Shown: piece by piece, positions 18,745 through 27,322 of the stretch | How the letters are laid out: each line of letters begins with the position of its first letter | Position numbering within the stretch: the stretch's first letter is position 1 | Source: Pirellulales bacterium | GTDB lineage: Bacteria; Planctomycetota; Planctomycetia; Pirellulales; JAICIG01 | Assembly (NCBI GenBank): GCA_035550375.1 | Contig: DASZPH010000071.1 | Span: 12,253 to 76,252 of the forward strand | DNA: 64,000 nt | Reading direction: 5' to 3' | Translations under genes and position numbers: made by a program | The notes under the pieces: generated by a model | Seen by the model: only the letters and a program-made list of their open reading frames with translations | Told to the model about the DNA's origin: nothing | The model's database searches: none

Positions 18745-19809
18745 TCACCCGCCAGGTTCGACTTCGCCACCTGGCGCCGCCACGCGCCATGTCTCGTCGC
18801 GCAGCAACCGTGGGCCGGTGAATAGCGCCCAGGACAAGTGTTCTGCAACTAACGAGAGCCGATCGAACGTCTTCACTTCGGCGGGTGCAAGCGAACGGCT
18901 CCAATCGTCGCCCAGTCGGCCGCTGTCGCAGGCCGTGTTATAAACCAGCCGTAGGTTGGTGCCGGGTGCGATCCAGGTGCCCCTCCGCTTCCCGCCTCGC
19001 GTCGTAACCATATACACGCCGCGAGCGGGCTGGTCGTCACGGACCGGAGCAACCGCCGAAGCCGGCTTCACCCAGAAGTTGCTCCCGACGATCCCTCCGT
19101 CCGCGCCGTGACACGCCAAAAAGACGACGCGCCCGTGCTCAAGCGCGCTGTGCAAATGGGGCTCATCAAGGCGGGCCACGACCACGCTGCGCGGGCCCCA
19201 TCGGTCCTCGCCGGCGCGCGCCAGGCGGTAGAAGCCCACGCTCATCGCCCAACGCGGAACCAGAGCCATGTCGTCATACAGCACATATAGCGCGGCCGGC
19301 CGAGTGTCATCGCGCGTGAGCAGGGTCGCATGCGCGGCGATGGCCGCAATGAAAGACGCCACGACCAGCGAGAAGGTATTCGCGAGCCAGGCCGCGCGGA
19401 CCCATCTCGGACGTCGCATGAACCGGCCGATCAAGGGCAATGGCCACCGCGAACCGCTTGCCGCCAATACCGTCGCCACGACGACCATCGCCAGCCATGC
19501 CACGCTGGCCATCATGGTCGGGATCGCATCCCGCTGTGGAGGAGCCAATCCGGCAACGTTGGGCAGTTGTTCATACAAGTCGCGGGCATAAATCATCGCC
19601 GCGGAAATCCCCGCCAGGTAGAGAAGGCTCGCGGCGATGAGTCCGTTGAGGAGCAACCAAAGCAGGGCGGCGCTGGTCGCATGATGATCGAAAAACGAAT
19701 CTCCGCGCCGACGCGCCAACCTGAGCACGGGCGCCAGCCCGAAATAACAGGCCGTCGCGCAGAGACGAGCATGCCAAGGCGGAGCGGTTACGTACTCGGC
19801 GGGAGCCAT
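18745..19809 (-). CDS. Four-TM membrane protein with a C-terminal caspase/CHAT-like (clan CD-like) domain (hypothetical)
   Basis: Only the last 354 codons of ORF 18745..21327 look coding, from the ATG at 19809 (MAPAEYVTAPPWHARL...). There are four hydrophobic helices, then ...RVVFLACHGADGGIV...(~45 aa)...LRLVYNTACDSGR, which is a beta-strand-HG and beta-strand-AC arrangement. Confidence 0.6.
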   Translation of the reverse strand: MAPAEYVTAPPWHARLCATACYFGLAPVLRLARRRGDSFFDHHATSAALLWLLLNGLIAASLLYLAGISAAMIYARDLYEQLPNVAGLAPPQRDAIPTMMASVAWLAMVVVATVLAASGSRWPLPLIGRFMRRPRWVRAAWLANTFSLVVASFIAAIAAHATLLTRDDTRPAALYVLYDDMALVPRWAMSVGFYRLARAGEDRWGPRSVVVARLDEPHLHSALEHGRVVFLACHGADGGIVGSNFWVKPASAVAPVRDDQPARGVYMVTTRGGKRRGTWIAPGTNLRLVYNTACDSGRLGDDWSRSLAPAEVKTFDRLSLVAEHLSWALFTGPRLLRDETWRVAAPGGEVEPGG

Positions 19810-19944
19810 ATTCGGCACGGGATACGTGCAGGTTGCAGGTCTTCGATCCGATTGGGTGCTGGCGGCCCGTCGCGGCAGGGCACTACAATCAAAAGACAGC
19901 CCGTCGCTTCCTACCAGTGTCGGCGATTTCCGCAGGAGATTGCA

Positions 19945-21669
19945 ATGGTACGCCCGGTCCCTTTTTCCGTGAGCCGCATCCGAGTTTCTGCCTGGCTCGG
20001 CTCGCTCGCGATGGCCGTCTGTTTCGCCTCTTCGCAAGCTGAAGACGACGCACGGCGCAGCAGCGACGTCGCCGACGTCAAATCCGACGACGTTCAGGAC
20101 CTCCTTTTCTTTGGCCCGTTGCGGCCGGTCTGGATCAGGCTGCGCGTGACGATCGACGGCAAGCCGTTCCGCGAAAGCTGGCAGGCGAACATCCAAAGGC
20201 TTTTTGCCGAGGCGGATACCGACGGCGACGGCCTGGTCCGAGCGATCAAAGCAGAAGCGGAGAAGCAACCGCCGGCCGACAGCGTCGCGTCGCTCGCCGC
20301 CGCCGCGGCCGTCTACCTCGGCCAGGACGTGGCGCAGGCGCGGGCGGGCCTCGAGAAAACGGCCGCCGAAGGAGGCGGATCGCTGAGTTTCGCGGCCTTC
20401 CAAAAGTATTTCGAGCAGGTGGCGCCCCCGTTCTCGCTTGCCGTCGGCCTGGGACGCACCAGCGCCGGCCAAGCGCTGTTTGGGTTGTTGGATGCCAACG
20501 GCGACCAACAACTCACCGCGGATGAGCTGAACGGCGCCGAAGACAGGCTGCGCATCCGCGATTTCGACGACAACGAAAGTCTCACCCGGCTGGAACTGGT
20601 CGACGCCCCGAACACGTCGCTCGCCGCGATTTCGCAAGCCGCCGACGAAATCCGCTCTTCGCCGCTGCCCACGGCCGGCCCCCTGGCGATGATCGACGCC
20701 ACGACGCCGCCCGAGGTTATCCGCGAGGCGATTCTGGCGGAATACGACCACAACCACGACGGCAAGATCCTCTCTTCGGGCCAGTCGGCCGAGATCATGC
20801 CGACGCCGGCCCAGTTCGCCCGGCTCGGCGTGCCGGCGGGCGAACCGGTGGACGGCCGGGCGCTGGCCAGGTTTCACGTGGGCGCCCCCGACGTGGAGCT
20901 GAGAATCGAGCTGGGCAAAATATCGATGACGTCGCGCCGGTTTGGCGCGCCGCGAGCGCGAACGGCCGCCGGCGAGACCGGCCCGCGGATCAAGCAGCGG
21001 CCCGACGGCAGCCTGGACCTGACGCTCGACGACGCGCGTGTCTACCTGCGCCGCAACAACCGCGACCCATCGAAGAACAACGATTCGGGGCCGAGCCTGC
21101 AGAACTTCGACGCCGACAACAACGGCTATCTCGACGACAAGGAACTGGCGAGCGTGCCCAACCTGGCGGGCGCGTTCGAGGTGATCGACGCCGACCACGA
21201 CGGCAAGATTTTCGCCGGCGAGCTGCAGAGCTACGTCGACCGGCAGAACCGGGCCGCCTCGGTGCGGCTGCTGCTCGAAGTGTTCGACCAGGGACAGGAG
21301 CTGTTCGACCACCTCGACGAAAACCACGACTACCGGCTAAGCACGCGCGAGCTACACAACGCCGCCGAGATCGTCAAGCAGATCGACGCCAACCACGACG
21401 GCCGCCTCTCGGCCGACGAAATCCCCCAGCAACTCATGCTGGAGCTTTCGCGGAACACGCCGCAAGCGGCCGTGACGGAACGCCGGTCGATTCGCGGCGG
21501 CGAGCGGGTGCGCACCGCCACGAAACGCGGCCCCGGCTGGTTTCAGAAGATGGACCGCAACGACGACGGAGAGCTGAGCCCGCGGGAGTTTCTGGGTCCG
21601 CCCGACGCATTCAAACGCCTCGACAAGGACAAGAACGGCGTCCTCGACCCCGCGGAAGTTGAGTCGTAG
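19945..21669 (+). CDS. Exported multi-EF-hand calcium-binding protein
   Basis: The ATG at 19945 gives the signal peptide MVRPVPFSVSRIRVSAWLGSLAMAVCFASSQAED. About 10 EF-hand loops are present, for example DTDGDGLV, DANGDQQLTADE, DADNNGYLDDKE, DADHDGKIFAGE, DANHDGRLSADE, DRNDDGELSPRE, DKDKNGVLDPAE. The upstream part of ORF 19330..21669 is antisense to the neighbouring gene. Confidence 0.8.
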   Translation: MVRPVPFSVSRIRVSAWLGSLAMAVCFASSQAEDDARRSSDVADVKSDDVQDLLFFGPLRPVWIRLRVTIDGKPFRESWQANIQRLFAEADTDGDGLVRAIKAEAEKQPPADSVASLAAAAAVYLGQDVAQARAGLEKTAAEGGGSLSFAAFQKYFEQVAPPFSLAVGLGRTSAGQALFGLLDANGDQQLTADELNGAEDRLRIRDFDDNESLTRLELVDAPNTSLAAISQAADEIRSSPLPTAGPLAMIDATTPPEVIREAILAEYDHNHDGKILSSGQSAEIMPTPAQFARLGVPAGEPVDGRALARFHVGAPDVELRIELGKISMTSRRFGAPRARTAAGETGPRIKQRPDGSLDLTLDDARVYLRRNNRDPSKNNDSGPSLQNFDADNNGYLDDKELASVPNLAGAFEVIDADHDGKIFAGELQSYVDRQNRAASVRLLLEVFDQGQELFDHLDENHDYRLSTRELHNAAEIVKQIDANHDGRLSADEIPQQLMLELSRNTPQAAVTERRSIRGGERVRTATKRGPGWFQKMDRNDDGELSPREFLGPPDAFKRLDKDKNGVLDPAEVES

Positions 21670-21969
21670 TGCTCGCTCTGGACTTAGCCATCGCACTACC
21701 TCAATTTCGGAAGGCTTCGGGTCAAGTTTCTCGAATGTAGCAGAGTGGTCGGCGCCGTCAACGAACCAGCGTTCGCGGCGTCGCCTGGGCCTGAATTTAT
21801 GCGCGGGTCATCCAGCCCTCCGGAAAACACAGCGTGCCCGGCCCGCCACCAATGGCGTCCCGCTCGCCCCCGCCTTAATCTCGCTACCTGCGTCGACGTG
21901 ACGTCGATGTGACCTGCCCGACTTCCGGCGACTTGAGCCGAACAGGATGCGATCTCCGTGTGCCGCGGG

Positions 21970-23484
21970 CTAAAAAACTCCTTGGCCGCCGTTCGCGGCG
22001 CGTGGCGCTGCCGAACCTGGCGATCGTGAATACTGCAATCGCTCTGGCAACCATGCTGATTCGAGTGCCGAACCTTCATAGCTTTCGTCCGGCACATATC
22101 CGTGAAAATATCCAAAATACCGACGCAGCGAGGATTCATTATTATCGATGTTGATGCCAGGGTTGCGTCGCCGCAGTCTTCCCAACGCGCGGCGGAAGCC
22201 TTCGGCCTCGCTCTCCAGCACCGACAGTGTCGCATGACGGTCAAGGACAAAAGTAGCCTGCCGATCGGTTTCTTTAAAAAAGGAGCTGTGGCGCGGCGTA
22301 ATGTGTAGCGACCTAAGGTGCTGTAGCGCACTCAACGACTCCAGTACCTCCGGCGATACGTGGTCGCCGCTGATGACCAGATCTTCAAGCGATTCGAGCT
22401 GCGCGAGATCCTTCAAGTCAGCATCGCTGCCAATCTCGGCGTATTTCATGTCAAGCGCCTTCAAGCGAGGCAGCACTGAGAGACGGCGAAGGTCGCGGCC
22501 GTTGATCGTTGGAAATGTCAGGTCAATGGCTTCTAGGTTCGGCAGACGCGGCAGATGCGAAAAGACACCGTCAACATGGGAAAGGTCTTCGATGCTTAAC
22601 ACTTTCAGGCTCGTTAATCCGCGCAAAAAGGTCAGGCTGTCCTCGGTAAGAGTTGGAAATTTCAGGCCGAGTGCCTCAAGCTGAGTCAGTTTCCCAATCT
22701 CCGTAAAAAACTCCCGTGAACGTTGCCTTCGCTCTTGCTCAGATTCGCTGTCCTTTTCCTCGCAGATACTCAAACAGCGCAGGCCGCGTGCATTTTGAAG
22801 CGAGTCTGCCATACCGGGAGTCAGGCGCTCAACATGGAGTGTCAACCATTTCAAGCGGGGTAATCGACCCAATCCACAGACAAACGTCTCATCGACGACG
22901 TGGTCCTGATGCGCTTTCATATCAAACGCGACGATGCTTCGGCGATAACGGTCGGGGATGACGAACTCGAACCACCGCGGACCTTGGCGCTCCACGTAAA
23001 CGGTTCCATTGTGCTCTTCAAGTTCGGCGATGATCGGATCCTGAAGACTGGCCCGATTGCGAAGTGCGGCGAACAACCCACAACAGCCGGCTACCAGGGC
23101 CACAGCCGCCAACATTGTCCGCAAGCTCCAACGTAATCGCGGCCGATAGCACCGCAGCCACCACTCGCATGCACCCACGGGCAGGGCCAAAAAGATCATC
23201 CAACTCGCAAGATTGGCCGCGAGTCGGGCCCCACTGTAGTCCCAGCCAACGATGACAGGCCCAATCATCGAGAGCGTGAGGTTATGCCAATGCCACGTAA
23301 ACGGCCACCCATACGTTCCTTTAGCGTAGATCGAGCCAGGTTCTATGGGATATTGCACGCCGACAGTTTCAACTTCCGACGTAAAATTGCCCAGCGCGAT
23401 GGGCGTGGCGACGACCAGCAACAGCGCGAGCGTCAAGAGTCGGGGGCGATAACGCCAAAATGCCCGAACATTCGGACGAATCAT
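21970..23484 (-). CDS. Leucine-rich repeat protein with N-terminal membrane anchors
   Basis: N-terminal helices including RWSLRTMLAAVALVAGCCGLFAAL. The C-terminal half carries LRR-like units (LPRLKWLTLHVERLT, LTQLEALGLKFPTLT, LTSLKVLSIEDLS, LPNLEAIDLTFPTIN, LPRLKALDMKYAEIG, LESLEDLVISGDHVS, LQHLRSLHI). G+C is lower than in neighbouring genes. Confidence 0.75.
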   Translation of the reverse strand: MIRPNVRAFWRYRPRLLTLALLLVVATPIALGNFTSEVETVGVQYPIEPGSIYAKGTYGWPFTWHWHNLTLSMIGPVIVGWDYSGARLAANLASWMIFLALPVGACEWWLRCYRPRLRWSLRTMLAAVALVAGCCGLFAALRNRASLQDPIIAELEEHNGTVYVERQGPRWFEFVIPDRYRRSIVAFDMKAHQDHVVDETFVCGLGRLPRLKWLTLHVERLTPGMADSLQNARGLRCLSICEEKDSESEQERRQRSREFFTEIGKLTQLEALGLKFPTLTEDSLTFLRGLTSLKVLSIEDLSHVDGVFSHLPRLPNLEAIDLTFPTINGRDLRRLSVLPRLKALDMKYAEIGSDADLKDLAQLESLEDLVISGDHVSPEVLESLSALQHLRSLHITPRHSSFFKETDRQATFVLDRHATLSVLESEAEGFRRALGRLRRRNPGINIDNNESSLRRYFGYFHGYVPDESYEGSALESAWLPERLQYSRSPGSAAPRAANGGQGVF

Positions 23485-23734
23485 TGCCTATTCCACAAGT
23501 ACCCAACGCAAGATCAAAGTTTTAGGCTATCAATTCTAACGCGAGACGACGGGCTTTTCACCGTAATCGTATAGACCGGCGGGCCGTCCTCGTGCCGCGT
23601 ACGGTGACCGCCGCCGACCTCTTCGTGCCGTTCAACCGGTCCGCGCAAGCCGCTTCGGTCCGACATCCCGACGCAGGTTGACGACCTCTTCTTGAAGGCA
23701 ACGAGTTCGTCGATGAGACCCACCAGCTACTACC

Positions 23735-24410
23735 TCATGGCCGCCGTTTTGGCTCGGTTAATTCCAAGGGGTAACCGAGGATGCCACGAGACGTGGCGAC
23801 CCGGCGTTTCCGGAGTCGCTTCACCTCGTCGCGGTCGGCCCAAATGACCCACAGCTTCTCGACGTTCGTCTGTCGTCCGTGAACCCAGCCGCTGGTCGCC
23901 CGCACCTGTTTTTGTGATGATTGCCGCACATACGCGATCGCGAGCTGATCAAGATGCGACGTCGCGATCTTTGAAGTCGGCGAGAGCGGGAGCGACACCG
24001 CTTCCGGACGCAGAGCCGTGAAAATGCTGGACTTTGAACCTCAGCAGTCTTCATTTCCCACCTCCTTTCTTGCCAGTGGTGGGACGACGTGCCGGGCGAC
24101 AACCTGGCTCAGCGTCAGCAGGCTTCGTTGTCGGGGTTCGTCGGGAAGCCTCCACAGATCCTTGAGCCGCGCCCGCTCCTGTTGCGGCAAAAAGGTGGTA
24201 CGCCGGCAGATTCCTTCCGCATGCTTCACCCCCATGTTCTTCGGTGCGAAAACGCTGCAACCATCCAACCAGTCGCAGCAGAGCGGAGATCGGTGCTACC
24301 GGATGCTCAGCGGAAGGTCGATAACGTCTGGGATCATCGGGACCGCGCCGGTCGATCCGAGTTGCCACGAGAACGGCCTCACCGTAGTCTTGGCAGGCGA
24401 AGGGTGAGGA
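23735..24410 (-). pseudogene. Decayed ORF of unknown function: one reverse frame open for ~225 codons apart from in-frame stops
   Basis: ORFs 23735..23998 and 24041..24268, plus the stretch upstream, share one frame. That frame is interrupted by TAG (24296-24298) and TGA (24041-24043). All + frames here are full of stops. I recognised no family. Confidence 0.3.
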
Positions 24411-24419
24411 AGACGAAGC

Positions 24420-25865
24420 TCACCTCGCTGCAAAACCCGCGGCGAGACTTCTCGACCACAGCGCAAGATCGTCATGGGTGTCGACGCGGGTAAACCCGTC
24501 CGGTCCGTCCGCGCCGCTCGGCGTGACGCACCACCGTGCTGCCTTGACGCGGTCCTCCTGCATCGACACGGACCGATCGAGGGCCACCTCCAACATCAGT
24601 TGCAAGTCGCCGTCGAGCCGCGAGGCAGCAACGGGACCCGGCTCCGACGCGATGCGTGTCGCCAGTTGGTCGACGGCCGGCCAGAGCCGGTCGTAGCGCC
24701 GCGCGCGGGGCAAGTCGACGCCGAGCCAGTAACTGACGCCGACTGCGAGCTGCAACGCCAGGCAGGCCGCAATGAGGTACTGCCGCCTCTCGGCGATCCG
24801 TTCGGCCGCGAACCAGAGCGCGACAAACAGAGCCGGCAAGAGCGGCAGCAGAAGGCGGGCGCCGGTGTCCATGGCGTGTGCCGTAATCAGCAAGAGATAA
24901 AAGGGAACGTACCAAGCGAAAAGATCGTTCTGACGCCGCGTCCAGCGCGACCAGCCGAGGCAGAGCAGCGCAAAGAAGGGAACGTGGATCAGCATGTTCA
25001 CGTCGGTCCAATCACCGGGCTTGCCGTGGCTTTTGAACAGGCCGGGAATACAGACGCGTCCGATGTCGCTGACGCAGAGCTGCGCCCCGCGCGAGTAGCC
25101 CTCCAGGGGCGACCTCGCCGCGTTCTCGAAGTCGTCGAGGTACGAACGTCCGTTCAGTTCCGCCGCGGTCGTGCGCTCGTGAAGCACAAACATCGCAACG
25201 GGCGTGCCCGCCGCAGCAGAGATCAGGGCGGTCGCCCCGAGCCCCCTCAGCCGCGACAGGCGCCCCCCAAACACTTCCCGTAGCGTCCACACCGCCACGG
25301 CCGGCACAAGCATCACGCCAACGGGTCGGATGACGCAGAGCAACGTCGTGAGGCTGGCTGCGGCGGTCAGGCGCCCGACGAAAGCACCGGCCCGCGAGAC
25401 CTTACCGACGCCGGCCAGGCAATTGACCACCCCGACGAACAGGCACATGAAGGCCATCTCGCTCAGGGGGCGGCGAAAATGGATCCAGAAACCGTGGTTG
25501 ACAACGGTGAGAGCGGCAATCCAGACGGCGGCTTCAGGAAGCACCCGCCGGCTCCAGCGATAAACGCCCAGCAAGAGACCGACGGCCAGAGCCCAGTGCA
25601 GAATCGCGATTGCTGCAAACGGCCGGTCGGAAATCCAAAACAGCGGACTGATCAGGGCCGGATAACCGGGCGAGTACCAGAGCAAAGGGCTGCCCAGATT
25701 GGTCGGACCGGTTCCGCGGGCCAGGCTCCGCGCCATCGACAGATACGCGGCGGAGTCGATCGACGAGTACCACCAGGGCGAAACCTGCACCGCCAGCAAA
25801 ACCGCGCAGATGGCCAGGAGGGTCTGGGGCCGTGACGACCCGAGGGCAATCCAGTGTCGGATCAT
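24420..25865 (-). CDS. GT-C-type glycosyltransferase-like membrane protein (ArnT/PMT family 39/83-like)
   Basis: About 10 TM helices. The first periplasmic loop motif is SSIDSAAYLSMARSLARG (a D-x-x-Y-containing loop typical of ArnT/PMT-like GT-C enzymes). A C-terminal soluble domain follows. The start is ambiguous (25931, 25904 or 25865). Confidence 0.7.
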   Translation of the reverse strand: MIRHWIALGSSRPQTLLAICAVLLAVQVSPWWYSSIDSAAYLSMARSLARGTGPTNLGSPLLWYSPGYPALISPLFWISDRPFAAIAILHWALAVGLLLGVYRWSRRVLPEAAVWIAALTVVNHGFWIHFRRPLSEMAFMCLFVGVVNCLAGVGKVSRAGAFVGRLTAAASLTTLLCVIRPVGVMLVPAVAVWTLREVFGGRLSRLRGLGATALISAAAGTPVAMFVLHERTTAAELNGRSYLDDFENAARSPLEGYSRGAQLCVSDIGRVCIPGLFKSHGKPGDWTDVNMLIHVPFFALLCLGWSRWTRRQNDLFAWYVPFYLLLITAHAMDTGARLLLPLLPALFVALWFAAERIAERRQYLIAACLALQLAVGVSYWLGVDLPRARRYDRLWPAVDQLATRIASEPGPVAASRLDGDLQLMLEVALDRSVSMQEDRVKAARWCVTPSGADGPDGFTRVDTHDDLALWSRSLAAGFAAR

Positions 25866-26068
25866 GGTCGGAACGTTTGGAGCAGCAGGCTGTTGGAAGA
25901 ACATGGATAAACCGGCGCAACAATAGAGCATTCCGCCGCGTTGGGCCTAGACCGATTCGCGCGCTGGAACGGGGAACAGCCACGGGTGCTGGTCTATCCG
26001 CGTTTTGCCCCTGTTGGGTCAAACGATCGAAGTCGTGAACTGAGATGGCATGGACGCGGCGACAAACA

Positions 26069-26097
26069 TTGTTTCGGCCATGAATTCGGGCTAGAAT
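26069..26097 (+). promoter_or_regulatory. Candidate sigma-70-type promoter of the metal-efflux cluster (TTGTTT-N17-TAGAAT)
   Basis: TTGTTT at 26069-26074 and TAGAAT at 26092-26097 with exactly 17 nt between them, 33 nt upstream of the ATG at 26130. It overlaps the palindromes AAACATTGTTT (26063-26073) and TGAATTC-N6-GAATTCA (26081-26100). Confidence 0.35.
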
Positions 26098-26129
26098 TCA
26101 GTAGTCTTGCTTGATGTTTTGCCTTCCTC

Positions 26130-26621
26130 ATGATCCGGGTACTTCACAACGGCGTCTGCTGGTTTCTCTCGGCCGTGCTGTTATTAACGAACGGCTGGCC
26201 CGTGGCCATCCACCATGCGCACGACGTAGGCGAAAACCCGTACCATCATTCCCATCGAGCGGGAGCCCTTGATGTCGCCCGCCATGCGCCGCCTTCGATA
26301 GGCGACCCCGACGGCGAAGTATCTGGCGTGACCGAACACGTCCACATGCTCTGGCTGGGCTGGGAAGTCACCGTCGTTCCGCCCAAGGGTTCGAAGACGA
26401 GTCCGCCGGCCGTGGCCGTGCTCTCTCAGCAAGCCGACCGTGGTCCCGCAGAGTGTGACGCGGCGCTCGCCTGGTCGGAGACTTCATTGGCACTGGTGGC
26501 TGTCGATCCCGTCAACCACGACTGCCGCTCGCCAGCGCTCGCCGACTCGCGGCACCGTGTCGCAGCCTTGCCGCTGTGTGAAACTGCGCGCCATCTTCGC
26601 TCTGGCGTGCAGTTGATCTGA
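26130..26621 (+). CDS. His-rich small membrane-anchored protein (hypothetical; candidate metal-binding accessory protein)
   Basis: N-terminal helix VCWFLSAVLLLTNGW, then AIHHAHDVGENPYHHSHR...EHVHMLWLGWEVT. GC3 is high. It is the first gene of the efflux cluster. Confidence 0.5.
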   Translation: MIRVLHNGVCWFLSAVLLLTNGWPVAIHHAHDVGENPYHHSHRAGALDVARHAPPSIGDPDGEVSGVTEHVHMLWLGWEVTVVPPKGSKTSPPAVAVLSQQADRGPAECDAALAWSETSLALVAVDPVNHDCRSPALADSRHRVAALPLCETARHLRSGVQLI

Positions 26622-26751
26622 ATCTCTGACGCCTTCATTTTTCGGCACCTGCAAAGCATGCCTCGGCGCGCTTTGTTTTTGCGGTGGTGACGCAGCCGAA
26701 ACGCTTCGTCACACCGCTCGTTGTCGGCGATCGTTAGAGAGACGCGACCCC

Positions 26752-27315
26752 ATGCGCAGCCAGTTAACACAGGCAAGTCGACGAGCGGAAGCCGCGGCCC
26801 CGCGCTTGCTCCGTGTGTCGAGCATTTGTGGCGCTTGTGCGGCACTCGCGCTCGTCGGCTCCGGCTGTAACGACACCGGACTAAGCGGTCCGACAAAGCC
26901 CACGGCAGACGCGGTCTCCCCGGTCAACCCCGACGACGTTCCCATCACCGAGGCCGAGGTACCCGTACCGGCCAGCTACGCCGAGGCGGTCGAACGCCTG
27001 GCCGGCTATCGAGATGCGATTCGCCAGGCTGTGGAATCGGGGCAGTACGGCAAGGCCCACCGGCCGCTCGACGAAACGAACATCACCATCGAAAGACTGC
27101 CGGATATCGCCCGGTCGAGCGATATGCCTCGGCGGCACTGGGAACAAGTCGTCACGGCCAGTGAGGATCTCGGCGAAGCATTGGATCAGATTCACACTCA
27201 AATCGACGCCGGCGGCAAGGCCGACTACGCGCCCCACGCCGAGGCGATCGACGACGCAATCGCCCGCCTGCAAGCAATCGGCGGAACAAAAGGCAACCAC
27301 AGCTCAACCGAATGA
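26752..27315 (+). CDS. Probable lipoprotein, helical (hypothetical), co-oriented with the efflux genes
   Basis: Signal with a Cys-containing end (ACAALALVGSGCNDTG). The rest is helix-prone with conserved-looking H/D/E residues. The stop is 7 nt before the adaptor gene's ATG. Confidence 0.6.
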   Translation: MRSQLTQASRRAEAAAPRLLRVSSICGACAALALVGSGCNDTGLSGPTKPTADAVSPVNPDDVPITEAEVPVPASYAEAVERLAGYRDAIRQAVESGQYGKAHRPLDETNITIERLPDIARSSDMPRRHWEQVVTASEDLGEALDQIHTQIDAGGKADYAPHAEAIDDAIARLQAIGGTKGNHSSTE

Positions 27316-27322
27316 ATTCGCC

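Noticed and set aside
18745-21327. An 860-aa ORF on the reverse strand, and a 779-aa ORF (19330..21669) on the forward strand
   Set aside because: Each is a composite of a real gene plus an antisense read-through of its divergent neighbour. Only 18745..19809 (-) and 19945..21669 (+) show protein-like sequence with signal or TM features.
21893-21907. 15-nt palindrome TCGACGTGACGTCGA
   Set aside because: It lies between two convergent gene ends, where an operator is unlikely. It is short and GC-balanced, it could be chance, and no second copy was noticed.
23905-23960. 'LAIAYVRQSSQKQV' resembling the catalytic-serine N-terminus of serine recombinases (YxRxSxxxQ)
   Set aside because: The motif lies deep inside the open frame rather than at an N-terminus. 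The following sequence lacks the rest of the resolvase domain in any frame. I therefore do not call a recombinase or mobile element.
27014-27322. Upstream extension of the adaptor ORF (track start 27014)
   Set aside because: The extension overlaps the better-supported lipoprotein gene 26752..27315 in another frame and is Arg/Thr-rich. The ATG at 27323 gives a proper signal/anchor sequence.
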